IMG/VR virus record: IMGVR_UViG_3300035180_000319
Location: 1 to 39,413 of that record
Source of the DNA: a virus
Lineage: Duplodnaviria > Caudoviricetes
DNA: 39,413 bases
Direction: 5' to 3' (one strand)
Below, one piece after another: positions 5,173-14,192 of this stretch (within the stretch, counting starts at the first letter, position 1; the number at the start of each line of letters is the position of its first letter). The notes beneath the pieces were generated by a model that worked only from the letters and a program-made list of their open reading frames with translations, was not told the origin of the DNA and ran no database searches. Made by a program: the position numbers and the translations under genes.

Positions 5173-6387
5173 ATGTTAGACGTTATTACGCACGAATATA
5201 ATAAATCTGTAGCGTATCTTAACAAGGGTAACTATAAGAAAGCTCTTGCAATACTTAAAAAGTGTCTTAGCCAGGTAGAATTTAAGGAAGCGTATCTAAA
5301 TATTGGAAACTGTTATAGGATGCTAGGTCAGGATACTAAAATGATCGAATCCTATAAAAAAGCCTGCTCACCTAAAATAACTTTTCTTGATGGTCATACT
5401 GTAGAGGAGTACCCAGCTGGTCTAAATAATCTAGGTCTTGCCTACTATATGTGTGGATATGATGATCTAGCTATTGAGTGCTACGAGAGAGCAATGGCTG
5501 TGGAGCCTAAATTCTGGGACGCTTGGTGGAATTGCAGTACAGCAGTATTACGTAAAGCCTCTTCGGGACAACTTGAGTTATTCCCGAGAGGATGGATGAT
5601 GTATGATGCTAGGTTCCTAAAAACACCACCCATTAAAATGAAGAATACTAAAGCTTCTCTAGTTTATTGGGATAGAGTATCTTCAGGTACAGCAATAATT
5701 GTCTTAGCAGAACAAGGTATTGGTGATGCTATTATGTGGGGCCGCTACTTACCCCTATTGGCGGAAAAGTTCTCCGAAGTATATGTACAGTGTGATGCAG
5801 AGTTAGAACCCGTATTTTCCGACTATAAATGTGTTAGAGATGCATCTGAGTGCCCAGCTGAATTAGCTATTCCAATGTGCACGCTTTCTAGGTGTTTTGA
5901 TACTATTCCTTCTGGAGATTGGTTACGTGATAAATTTTCTGCATTTGATTTTGGCACCTCTGAGAGGCTTAATGTGGGTATTGTACATCGTGGTTCAGCT
6001 ACTCATGCTAATGATCGTAATAGGAGTGTTCCTATACACCGTTTTCATTTCCTTAGTAAGTATGTTAATCTTTACAGTCTTGTACCGGGGTTTAATACTA
6101 CTAAACATGTTACTGGGTTGGATATCCACTCATGGGAAGATACGGCAAAATACATTAATGGACTCGATCTTGTCATCTCTGTCGATACGTCGGTAGCTCA
6201 TATGGCGGGATCTCTTGGAGCCAAAACATGGCTCCTACAACCATTAAAAGAAACAGATTTTAGATGGGGTAATAACGTTTCTTCTAGCGTATGGTATGAC
6301 TCTATACAAATTTTTAATAATCCCAACTCTTGGGAGCATGTATTCTCCCAAGTAGAGGATGCAATAAAGTCGGAGTTATATTTATAG
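5173..6387 (+). CDS. TPR-repeat protein with GT-B (GT9-like) glycosyltransferase domain
   Basis: N-terminal TPRs (AYLNIGNCY, NNLGLAYY..A...YERA); EQGIGD, H.NDRNRS, DLVISVDTSVAHMAGSLG, DFRWG..WYDS motifs. Confidence 0.8.
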   Translation: MLDVITHEYNKSVAYLNKGNYKKALAILKKCLSQVEFKEAYLNIGNCYRMLGQDTKMIESYKKACSPKITFLDGHTVEEYPAGLNNLGLAYYMCGYDDLAIECYERAMAVEPKFWDAWWNCSTAVLRKASSGQLELFPRGWMMYDARFLKTPPIKMKNTKASLVYWDRVSSGTAIIVLAEQGIGDAIMWGRYLPLLAEKFSEVYVQCDAELEPVFSDYKCVRDASECPAELAIPMCTLSRCFDTIPSGDWLRDKFSAFDFGTSERLNVGIVHRGSATHANDRNRSVPIHRFHFLSKYVNLYSLVPGFNTTKHVTGLDIHSWEDTAKYINGLDLVISVDTSVAHMAGSLGAKTWLLQPLKETDFRWGNNVSSSVWYDSIQIFNNPNSWEHVFSQVEDAIKSELYL

Positions 6388-6388
6388 T

Positions 6389-7702
6389 ATGTTACTTATT
6401 AGTCGTCCAGACATAGAATCAGAGTATATTCAGGAGTTTGATGTATCTGAGCGTTTCATCAAGCTCCCTGTAGCAAAGTATTTAGAATTATTACCTACTA
6501 AGGTTGATGGTAGGTCTAGTAATGTATTGGAAGAGATAAATAGACCTCAAATTGCATTAATCAACGCAATCAACTCACCCAAATATAGATTTGTATGTGC
6601 TGCACTAGCACGACGACTAGGTAAAACCTATATTGCTAATATTATTGCACAACTTGTAGTATTAGTACCTGGTTGCAATGTACTAATTATGTCTCCAAAC
6701 TACTCACTTAGTTCTATTAGTTTCGAGTTACAGCGTAAGTTAATGGGAACTTTTGATCTTGAAATAGCTCGTGATAACTTGAAGGATAAGATTATTGAAC
6801 TATCTAATGGATCAACCGTTAGAATGGGTTCTATTAATCAAGTAGATTCATCAGTTGGTAGGTCATACACTCTAATTCTATTTGACGAAGCAGCTCTATC
6901 ACGAGATGGTGAAGCGGCTTTTAACGTTAGCTTACGACCAACTCTAGACCTGCCCAATAGTAAAGCTATATTTATTTCAACACCTCGTGGTAAGAAGAAC
7001 TGGTTTAGCCGCTTCTACGCCAGAGGATTTAGTTCAGAGTTTCCTGAGTGGGCTTCAATTACAGCTGACTATACCGAGAATAGTCGTATGAGCGAGAAGG
7101 ATGTTCAAGAAGCTCGTATGTCTATGACGCCAGCCGAATTTGAGCAAGAGTATCTCGCCTCATTTAATACCTATGAGGGACAGATATACACTCTTAGCGA
7201 AGAAAACATTGTTGATGAACTACCAGAGGGCAAATATGAGTACTTTGGGGGAATTGACCCCGGCTACAAAGACCCAACTGCAGTAGTAATCATAGCCTAT
7301 GATATAGAGAATAACATATACTATATTATTGAAGATTATTTAGAGGCACAGAAAACCACTGCACAACACGCTGAACATATTAGAGAGATGCTATCTAGGA
7401 ATGATGTAGAAGTGCTATTTATTGACTCAGCAGCTGCGCAATTTGCAGGCGACCTAGCGTATAGCTATGACATTGCTACAATTAAAGCTAAGAAGGCAGT
7501 GCTTGAAGGAATCGCATACGTTCAGACCTTAGTACAGAGAGATCAATTAAAAGTATTAAGAAGTTGCAACCATGTATTAGATGCTATGGATCAGTATCAG
7601 TGGGACCCTAACGAAAACTTAACAAAAGAAAAACCTGCTCACAATGAAGCATCCCACATAGCAGATGCTATTAGGTACGCTTTATACTCCTTTACTCTAT
7701 AA
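6389..7702 (+). CDS. terL: Terminase large subunit (T5-like)
   Basis: Walker A ARRLGKT, Walker B ILFDEAA, coupling motif ISTP, nuclease GIDPG and C-terminal HIADAIRY. Confidence 0.95.
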   Translation: MLLISRPDIESEYIQEFDVSERFIKLPVAKYLELLPTKVDGRSSNVLEEINRPQIALINAINSPKYRFVCAALARRLGKTYIANIIAQLVVLVPGCNVLIMSPNYSLSSISFELQRKLMGTFDLEIARDNLKDKIIELSNGSTVRMGSINQVDSSVGRSYTLILFDEAALSRDGEAAFNVSLRPTLDLPNSKAIFISTPRGKKNWFSRFYARGFSSEFPEWASITADYTENSRMSEKDVQEARMSMTPAEFEQEYLASFNTYEGQIYTLSEENIVDELPEGKYEYFGGIDPGYKDPTAVVIIAYDIENNIYYIIEDYLEAQKTTAQHAEHIREMLSRNDVEVLFIDSAAAQFAGDLAYSYDIATIKAKKAVLEGIAYVQTLVQRDQLKVLRSCNHVLDAMDQYQWDPNENLTKEKPAHNEASHIADAIRYALYSFTL

Positions 7703-7714
7703 GAAAAACATAAA

Positions 7715-8278
7715 ATGAACTCTGGAATCTATAAACTAACATTTAAAAGTGGCAAGTACTATATTGGCAAAAGTAATAATATAGATCGTAGGTGGAAAGA
7801 ACACCACGATAAATTTAATCGTGGGAAAGCTGCTACTCGTATGCAGCAAGAGTTTAATAGGTATGGTATGCCTAAAGGAGAGGTTTTACTATATTGCCAC
7901 GAAGATCATATAGATATTATGGAAGCTTTGTACATTCATAGTAATTGGGGACCAAATATACTAAATAGTACCCACCCTATTACAGTTAGCCAGAGTGATT
8001 ATAATGCTTTAGTTAAACACCCAGAGCTACTAAACTATAGTACTGCCTCACACTGTCTAACCATTTATAATAATGCAATAGAGATACGCGATTTAAAGAA
8101 AGAATTAGAAAATACTAATAGAGAGTATAAGAGAAAAATAGCAAATATAGTGCCAGGCACAGCATTACAAGAATCTGAAGATCTAGTATCAGAACTTGAA
8201 TCAGAAGTACTAGATCTAAAGAGAGAGTTACGTAAACTTAAATCACGTAACTGGTTTGAACGTCTTTTTAACTTATAG
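7715..8278 (+). CDS. GIY-YIG endonuclease with C-terminal coiled coil
   Basis: SGIYKL...YYIGKS.NIDRRWKEH, later E and N; heptad-rich C-terminus. Confidence 0.85.
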   Translation: MNSGIYKLTFKSGKYYIGKSNNIDRRWKEHHDKFNRGKAATRMQQEFNRYGMPKGEVLLYCHEDHIDIMEALYIHSNWGPNILNSTHPITVSQSDYNALVKHPELLNYSTASHCLTIYNNAIEIRDLKKELENTNREYKRKIANIVPGTALQESEDLVSELESEVLDLKRELRKLKSRNWFERLFNL

Positions 8279-8287
8279 GAAAAATAT

Positions 8288-8341
8288 ATGGCATGTAGAC
8301 CAAAACCAGATAAGAATCCAACTCCTAAGCCTAAGAAGTAA
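8288..8341 (+). CDS. Possible 17-aa basic Pro/Lys peptide
   Basis: AGGA RBS then MACRPKPDKNPTPKPKK*, ending just before the terminator. Confidence 0.4.
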   Translation: MACRPKPDKNPTPKPKK

Positions 8342-8344
8342 ATG

Positions 8345-8376
8345 AAAACCGCTAACTATTAATAGTTAGCGGTTTT
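8345..8376. terminator. Bidirectional terminator, perfect 32-bp palindrome
   Basis: AAAACCGCTAACTATT|AATAGTTAGCGGTTTT between convergent genes. Confidence 0.85.
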
Positions 8377-9822
8377 TTATTTTAATACCCAAACATCATT
8401 ACCACAGTCAAATACTCTATAGTATCCAGCCTCTTTCATTATCTCTACTTCAGTCATCTCCTCCTTATATACCTCAGGAAATAGTTCCTTTAATTTATGT
8501 TTTTGACACTGATACCTAGACAAGGATTTAAGTCCTCTATAGTACCTATAGTTAGGAGCAGAAGTGTGTAGGTACTCAAATCCTAGTTTTTTATATAGGG
8601 CCCCAGTACTCCAGCGCCTATCACTATAGCTAATAATAGATCCTTTATGCCCCTTAATAAAGTACTTTAGTAGCTTAGAAGCCCCACCTACTACAGTTAT
8701 ATCTAGTAAAGAACAATAACGAACTAATTCATAGTCGTACCCTTTAGTAAACTTGGGAGTACTAAAGGTCATGACTGCAACTAATTCATCATAGTAAAAT
8801 AGTCCCAAATTTATAGAAGAGGGAGAGCCAGCACCCTGTATATGGTTAGCCTCTAAAAACTCTCGGGGAAATCCAATTTCTTTTACTATGCATTTACGTG
8901 CACCTATCTGATCTGTACTACCTAGTATAGATTTAATTCGGGACTTTACTATATCTTGTTTATTAATCCATTCATCTTCATTAATATGAATTAATTGGTA
9001 TCCAAAATTCTCTACACCTATAGTCTTATCAAGATGATACCTACTGCCTTTAATTTCCTCTCTATGATGGTATACCCCATTAAACTCAAAAGCCAACCCA
9101 AGATCTGGCAGAACAATATCTATCTCTTTACCTTCTAAGATATCTCTATCCCCCGAAATCACCCATCCAGAGTATATTGACTTTATATAGGTAAGTAACT
9201 CAAGTTCCTTATTAGAAGTATTAGGATTACACTGAGGGCATATACTAGAGTCACCCCGTTCTAGTATATTATTAGGGCGTACCTGTGTAGTATGATCACA
9301 GGTAGTATACCCTATCTGAATAAGCTCCCTACTATGGGTATACTCAGATAGCACTTTAACAGTGGGGTATAGTAAAGATAAATCTGCTATAAATTGTTCA
9401 GTACTCTTCTTTCTAGTTATAGCTGGTGTACATTTTCTACAAATACTGCCTATTTTCTGAGTAAGAAAATTATCAGGGATTATACTCCAAGTATTATGAC
9501 AGTCATTACATTCAACAAGTATTGAAGTTTTAGCATTTATATACTTACCTACCACTTTAATATTGGGGGTAATAGTAGCTACTTCTTGCTCAAATTGTTC
9601 CTGCGTTTTCTTATTATAAACCTGAACTGGATTACATATCCTACATGTACTTCCAGTACCCTTACTTTTTAATCTATCTGGCACTATCTCCCACTCATGA
9701 CCACAAGCCCCTTTAACTAACACTTTACTTTTAGCATTAATATATTCCCCTACTACTAATAAGGTAGGATGAGTTATACGCATATACTCCTTAAATTTAT
9801 TGCTATTTATACTTGTAATCAT
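8377..9822 (-). CDS. Hef-like homing endonuclease: Zn-ribbon repeats, Vsr-like/PD-(D/E)XK nuclease and Mom-like GNAT-type C-terminal domain
   Basis: Three C/H..CxxC repeats; EIDIVLPDLGLAFEFNGVYHH; ARKC..NHIQG..YELVRYC..GGASKL..SYSDRRW..DCGN; own promoter and AGGAG RBS at 9822. Confidence 0.75.
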   Translation of the reverse strand: MITSINSNKFKEYMRITHPTLLVVGEYINAKSKVLVKGACGHEWEIVPDRLKSKGTGSTCRICNPVQVYNKKTQEQFEQEVATITPNIKVVGKYINAKTSILVECNDCHNTWSIIPDNFLTQKIGSICRKCTPAITRKKSTEQFIADLSLLYPTVKVLSEYTHSRELIQIGYTTCDHTTQVRPNNILERGDSSICPQCNPNTSNKELELLTYIKSIYSGWVISGDRDILEGKEIDIVLPDLGLAFEFNGVYHHREEIKGSRYHLDKTIGVENFGYQLIHINEDEWINKQDIVKSRIKSILGSTDQIGARKCIVKEIGFPREFLEANHIQGAGSPSSINLGLFYYDELVAVMTFSTPKFTKGYDYELVRYCSLLDITVVGGASKLLKYFIKGHKGSIISYSDRRWSTGALYKKLGFEYLHTSAPNYRYYRGLKSLSRYQCQKHKLKELFPEVYKEEMTEVEIMKEAGYYRVFDCGNDVWVLK

Positions 9823-9843
9823 ATTTATTCTCCTATTTATATT

Positions 9844-9872
9844 ATTATAAAATAAAAACAAGTAAAAGTCAA
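9844..9872 (-). promoter_or_regulatory. sigma70 promoter for the Hef-like gene
   Basis: Minus strand TTGACT-17 bp-TATAAT. Confidence 0.75.
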
Positions 9873-9909
9873 GACTAAATTTTATGGCCCAGCATAAAAA
9901 ATTTTATCC

Positions 9910-9938
9910 TTGACTTATGCTTGCATCTATGAGATAAT
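9910..9938 (+). promoter_or_regulatory. Late promoter for the head operon
   Basis: AAAAAATTTTATCC-TTGACT-17 bp-GATAAT with extended -10 TG. Confidence 0.7.
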
Positions 9939-9968
9939 ATCCTATAAATCAAAGATAAGAGCTTAAAA

Positions 9969-10394
9969 ATGGCATCTAATACAGGAGCTAACAAACGTAT
10001 TCCGGTGAAGTGGATTAGAGACGGAGCTAAAGCCGCTTATATTAAGCAACCAGCCTGCCAAATATGCGGGTCAACAGAAGATTTAGAGCTGCATCATACT
10101 AATTCAGTAACTCTAATGCTAGAAGCATGGGTAAAGAAAACTGGGTATAGTATTGAAACAGACGAGGATGTGCTAGCAATTAGAGACGAGTTTATAAACA
10201 CCCATTACTCACAAATGTACGATCAAGTGTACACCCTTTGCAATACTTGCCATGTTAAATTACATGGAGTATTTGGAAAGGCACCGCCGCTTAATACGGC
10301 ATCTAGGCAGAGTAGATGGATTAGTTTACAAAAGGATAAGTTCTCAGGTGTAGCACCCGAAAAGAAGGCCGGAGCCTTTAGCAATTTCTACTAA
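9969..10394 (+). CDS. T5-like HNH nicking endonuclease
   Basis: RDG.K..Y.K...CQICGS.EDLELHH, TLCNTCH..LH..F.K.PPL; sits between TerL and portal as in T5. Confidence 0.8.
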   Translation: MASNTGANKRIPVKWIRDGAKAAYIKQPACQICGSTEDLELHHTNSVTLMLEAWVKKTGYSIETDEDVLAIRDEFINTHYSQMYDQVYTLCNTCHVKLHGVFGKAPPLNTASRQSRWISLQKDKFSGVAPEKKAGAFSNFY

Positions 10395-10403
10395 AGGAAT
10401 ACT

Positions 10404-11594
10404 ATGAGTTGGTGGAATCCAATCAGCTGGGTTAAATCTAATCCCGCTCAAGAAATTATTGCATGGTCAGAAGGTAGTAATGTACCTTCTGACTCAAGTG
10501 TTACATACGCGCAGGCACACGATAAATTAGAAAGTGTTAACCGAGCCGTTAATATGGTAGTTAGTGCCTGCGCTAGCTTAGACTATGATGTTAAGGATAA
10601 AGCAGTAGATGGAATAGTAGCAGGTGTAAAACAAAAAACCCTAGTTAATCTATTAAACTTTAGACCTAACCCGCATCAATCAACACAAGAATTCAGAACG
10701 CACATATTCACAGACTTCATTTTAGAAGGTAATATATTTATCTACTACGATGGAGTCTACATGTATCATCTACCAGCTAATAAAATGGTAGTACTACCAG
10801 ACCCTAAGACATTTGTTAAAGGTTATACATATAATAATATAACTAATTTTAAGCCCGATGAAATTATACATATTAAGGAGATTAGTAGTACTTCCGTGTA
10901 TAGAGGTTCTAGTAGATTAATGGCGGCTGATAGAACAGTTAAAACCCTTTATCGTATGCAAGCTTTTCAGGATCAGTTCTTTGAGAATGGAGCTGTAGCA
11001 GGTCTAGTAATTGAAACTGATAATACTCTTAGCCAGATTGCTAAGGATAGAACAATCCAGAATTGGATCTCTAAATATAGTGTAAAGAATGGTGCTAGAC
11101 GCCCCATGATACTTGATAGTGGGTTAAAACTAAAGAATATTGGCGAAGCTAATTTTAAAGATATGGACTTCGACAACTCTATTAGAACTCACGATATTAA
11201 AATTTTATTAGCCCTAGGAGTACCTGAGGTACTTATCTATGGTGGAAATAATGCCAATATCTCCCCAAATTTAAGGCTATTCTATTTAGAAACAGTCTTA
11301 CCAATTGCACGTAAATTAGTATCTGGAGTTGAAAGATATTTTGGATATGATGTTGAAGTAGTAACTACAACAGTATCAGCGTTACAGCCAGATATCAAAG
11401 ATATTGCAGCGTATCATAGCTCTTTAGTAAATGGAGGTATTGAAACACCGGCAGAAGCTAGAGAAGCATTACGCCTAGAAAAACTCGCGGGTACAGATGA
11501 GATAAGAATCCCAGCTAATATAGCCGGTTCAGCAGTAAATCCAGGAGTTGGTGGTGCACCTCCTAGTTCTAATGAAGACGACTCAGCACCGTAA
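10404..11594 (+). CDS. Portal protein (HK97 family, T5-like)
   Basis: LLNFRPNPHQS, FFENGA, ILDSGLK, ALGVP, TPAEARE motifs. Confidence 0.92.
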   Translation: MSWWNPISWVKSNPAQEIIAWSEGSNVPSDSSVTYAQAHDKLESVNRAVNMVVSACASLDYDVKDKAVDGIVAGVKQKTLVNLLNFRPNPHQSTQEFRTHIFTDFILEGNIFIYYDGVYMYHLPANKMVVLPDPKTFVKGYTYNNITNFKPDEIIHIKEISSTSVYRGSSRLMAADRTVKTLYRMQAFQDQFFENGAVAGLVIETDNTLSQIAKDRTIQNWISKYSVKNGARRPMILDSGLKLKNIGEANFKDMDFDNSIRTHDIKILLALGVPEVLIYGGNNANISPNLRLFYLETVLPIARKLVSGVERYFGYDVEVVTTTVSALQPDIKDIAAYHSSLVNGGIETPAEAREALRLEKLAGTDEIRIPANIAGSAVNPGVGGAPPSSNEDDSAP

Positions 11595-11603
11595 AGGAGT
11601 ATT

Positions 11604-13538
11604 ATGAAGGTAACTGATAAGATTTTATATCTTACCTCTCAGTTTAAGAAGGATATGCCTCTGCCAAAAGCAGGAGACACCATTGATTCTATCAATATCG
11701 AAGGGTACGCAAATACTACTAGTGTAGATAGAACTGGCGATATTATCCCAATGCCTGCTTGGAATACAGCACTTGAAAACTACTTAAAAAATCCTATTAT
11801 TTTGGCTTATCATGATCACGATGAGCCAATTGGTAGAATGGTAGATTATAGAGTGGATGAGCAGGGTTTATGGGTTAAGGCACGTATTTCAGCAGCTGCT
11901 GAGGATGTTTTTAACTTAATAAAAGATGGTGTACTAACCGCATTTAGTGTTGGATTCATCATTAAAGATGCTATGTATGATTCTGTAACAGACTTATTTA
12001 TTATCAAAGAGCTAGAACTTCTAGAGATCTCGGTAGTATCAGTCCCAGCAAATCAAGATAGTATATTTAGTCTTTCCAAGTCATTTGAAACTGACGAGGA
12101 TTATAGTAAATTTAAAAGTCAATTTGCAGCGAAAAGCGAATCAGCTAAAAGGCTAGAGTCCTCAGAGCCAAGCAAAATTGACCCAATTAAAAAGGAATGG
12201 AATATGGATCCAAAAGAATTAGAATTAATGCTAGCTAAAGCCGCAGAAGATGCTGCAACCAAAGCAGTAGCTGCTGTAACTGAAAAAGCATTGGCTGAAA
12301 AAGCAGCTGCTGAAAAAGCAGCTAAAGAAGAAAAAGAAATAAGTGATAAGATTGCTGCTGCTGTTAAAGTGGGCCAATCAGGTGCAGAAAAGCTTCTTAC
12401 AGATATCGAAGCACGTATTGCTGCACAAGAGCAAGCATCCAAAGATGCCCTAGCTGGTCTTGAAGCAACAATTCGTGAAAAGACAGAAGAACTTGCCGCT
12501 ATCCAAAAAAGCAAGATGAACTTCTCTGATAAAGATGCTGGCCAAGCTACTACATATGAAGAACGTGAAAAGGCAGTTCTTGCTGCAAAAATCATGGGTA
12601 AATCATTGGATGGTACTAAGTTTGGTCGTAGTATTATTGAAAAAACCGGTGCTCATGAAGCTTCTGCAACATGGGAACTAGAAGTTTCTCTAGCAATGGA
12701 ATCGGAAATTCGCCGTCGTTTAGTTATTGCTCCTCTGGTCCGTCAGATCGCAATGCAAACCAACGTTATGACTATCCCAGTTAATCCAGAAGCAGGTCTA
12801 GCAACTTGGATGGCTAATAGCTCATTCGGTACTACTGCATCTGCTGGTGTTGCTCAAGTTCACCAACTAAAAGAAATTACATTGAATGCATATAAAGTTG
12901 CTACAATGGAATATCTGGCATACGAAGAAGAAGAAGATTCACTACTTATACTGCTACCAATCATCCGTGATGCAATGATTCGTCGTGTAGCCCGTGCCGT
13001 GGATAAGGCATTTGCTCTAGGTGCAGGTTCTGGTGCTGATCCAGTTAAAGGTATGGCTCTATATGACGCAACCTCAGTTGTAACTCCTACCAGTACTGGT
13101 GCAGCAACTATTGCTAACCTACGTGCACTACGTAAAGATCTAGGATATTGGGGTCTTGATCCAGCCGAATTAGTTTATGTCGTTTCTACTGAAGTGTACT
13201 ATGATCTTCTTGATGATACTTCATTCCAGACAATGAATCAGGTCGGTGTTCAAGCAACTCTACTAACAGGTCAAGTAGGTTCAATTGGTAATACTCCAGT
13301 TCTAGTTTCTGACGCTTTCCCATCCAAAACTGGTGGTACTGCATCCGCAACTACTAATATTGGTGCTTTCTGTATTGCTCCAGCAAACTTTATCGCAGGA
13401 AATCAGCGTGGTCTACGTTTCGATACACAAGATCTAGTTGAAACCCAACGTAAAGTTTTAGTAGCTTCTCTACGTACTGGTATGACTCAATTGTCTACAG
13501 TCAATGGTATGGGTATTTCTACTCTACGCTGGTCATAA
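11604..13538 (+). CDS. Prohead protease fused to scaffold and major capsid protein (HK97 fold)
   Basis: N-terminal IEGYANT..DR.GD, AYHD, FSVGF, LLEISVVSVPANQ protease; central coiled coil; C-terminal T5 pb8-like capsid. Confidence 0.92.
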   Translation: MKVTDKILYLTSQFKKDMPLPKAGDTIDSINIEGYANTTSVDRTGDIIPMPAWNTALENYLKNPIILAYHDHDEPIGRMVDYRVDEQGLWVKARISAAAEDVFNLIKDGVLTAFSVGFIIKDAMYDSVTDLFIIKELELLEISVVSVPANQDSIFSLSKSFETDEDYSKFKSQFAAKSESAKRLESSEPSKIDPIKKEWNMDPKELELMLAKAAEDAATKAVAAVTEKALAEKAAAEKAAKEEKEISDKIAAAVKVGQSGAEKLLTDIEARIAAQEQASKDALAGLEATIREKTEELAAIQKSKMNFSDKDAGQATTYEEREKAVLAAKIMGKSLDGTKFGRSIIEKTGAHEASATWELEVSLAMESEIRRRLVIAPLVRQIAMQTNVMTIPVNPEAGLATWMANSSFGTTASAGVAQVHQLKEITLNAYKVATMEYLAYEEEEDSLLILLPIIRDAMIRRVARAVDKAFALGAGSGADPVKGMALYDATSVVTPTSTGAATIANLRALRKDLGYWGLDPAELVYVVSTEVYYDLLDDTSFQTMNQVGVQATLLTGQVGSIGNTPVLVSDAFPSKTGGTASATTNIGAFCIAPANFIAGNQRGLRFDTQDLVETQRKVLVASLRTGMTQLSTVNGMGISTLRWS

Positions 13539-13550
13539 GTAATAAAAGTT

Positions 13551-13603
13551 GAGGGCCTAGGCCCTCTTCTTTTATAAGGGTTTAATGAACCCTTATAAAA
13601 GAA
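13551..13603 (+). terminator. Tandem hairpins after the capsid gene
   Basis: GAGGGCCTAGGCCCTC followed by TTCTTTT, which is also the left arm of a 16-bp inverted repeat at 13567-13603. Confidence 0.75.
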
Positions 13604-13618
13604 TATAAGGAGTAATAC

Positions 13619-14191
13619 ATGGGATTAAATCTATTTACTCTAGCTGAGTATAAGGTATACGCAGGAATAGTAAGTACAACACAAGATGTCCAAATTAATA
13701 CTTTAATTCCAAAAGTTAGCCAGTTAGCAAAAACTATATGTGCTAGAGCATTTAATGATTATGTAGATGATGCAAAAGTAGAGGTGTATGCTGGAGGTAC
13801 TACTAAACTAGTAATGTCTGAATACCCTCTAATTGCACTATCTAGTGTAGAGTACTCAGATGACTATGGGGCTACATATACACCACTTATAGAATTTATT
13901 GATTTTGTAGTTGATTCAGAAGATGGGCATATAACATCTGTAGCACCAACTGGATTTCCAAAAAAGATTAATGGATATAAAGTTACATATACTGCTGGGT
14001 TTGATCCAATACCAGAAGATTTAAAAGTTGCAGTAATGGACCTGTTATCTTACTACTTAAAGAATGATATGGCAGTTAAATCTCAACGTAATGTTGGTGC
14101 TAATACCGTTCAAATAGAGTATATTACTAAAAATACTCTACCATCACATATCTCACGTGTATTTGATCTTTATAAGTCTACGGTGAACTAA
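13619..14191 (+). CDS. Head completion / head-tail connector protein
   Basis: TLAEYK..., YKVTYTAG...IPEDLK.A, P.HI.RV.DLYK; synteny. Confidence 0.8.
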   Translation: MGLNLFTLAEYKVYAGIVSTTQDVQINTLIPKVSQLAKTICARAFNDYVDDAKVEVYAGGTTKLVMSEYPLIALSSVEYSDDYGATYTPLIEFIDFVVDSEDGHITSVAPTGFPKKINGYKVTYTAGFDPIPEDLKVAVMDLLSYYLKNDMAVKSQRNVGANTVQIEYITKNTLPSHISRVFDLYKSTVN

Positions 14192-14192
14192 G

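Noticed and set aside
5897-6196. Hydrophobic 99-aa ORF overlapping the glycosyltransferase
   Set aside because: Off-frame by-product of T-ending codons; no RBS
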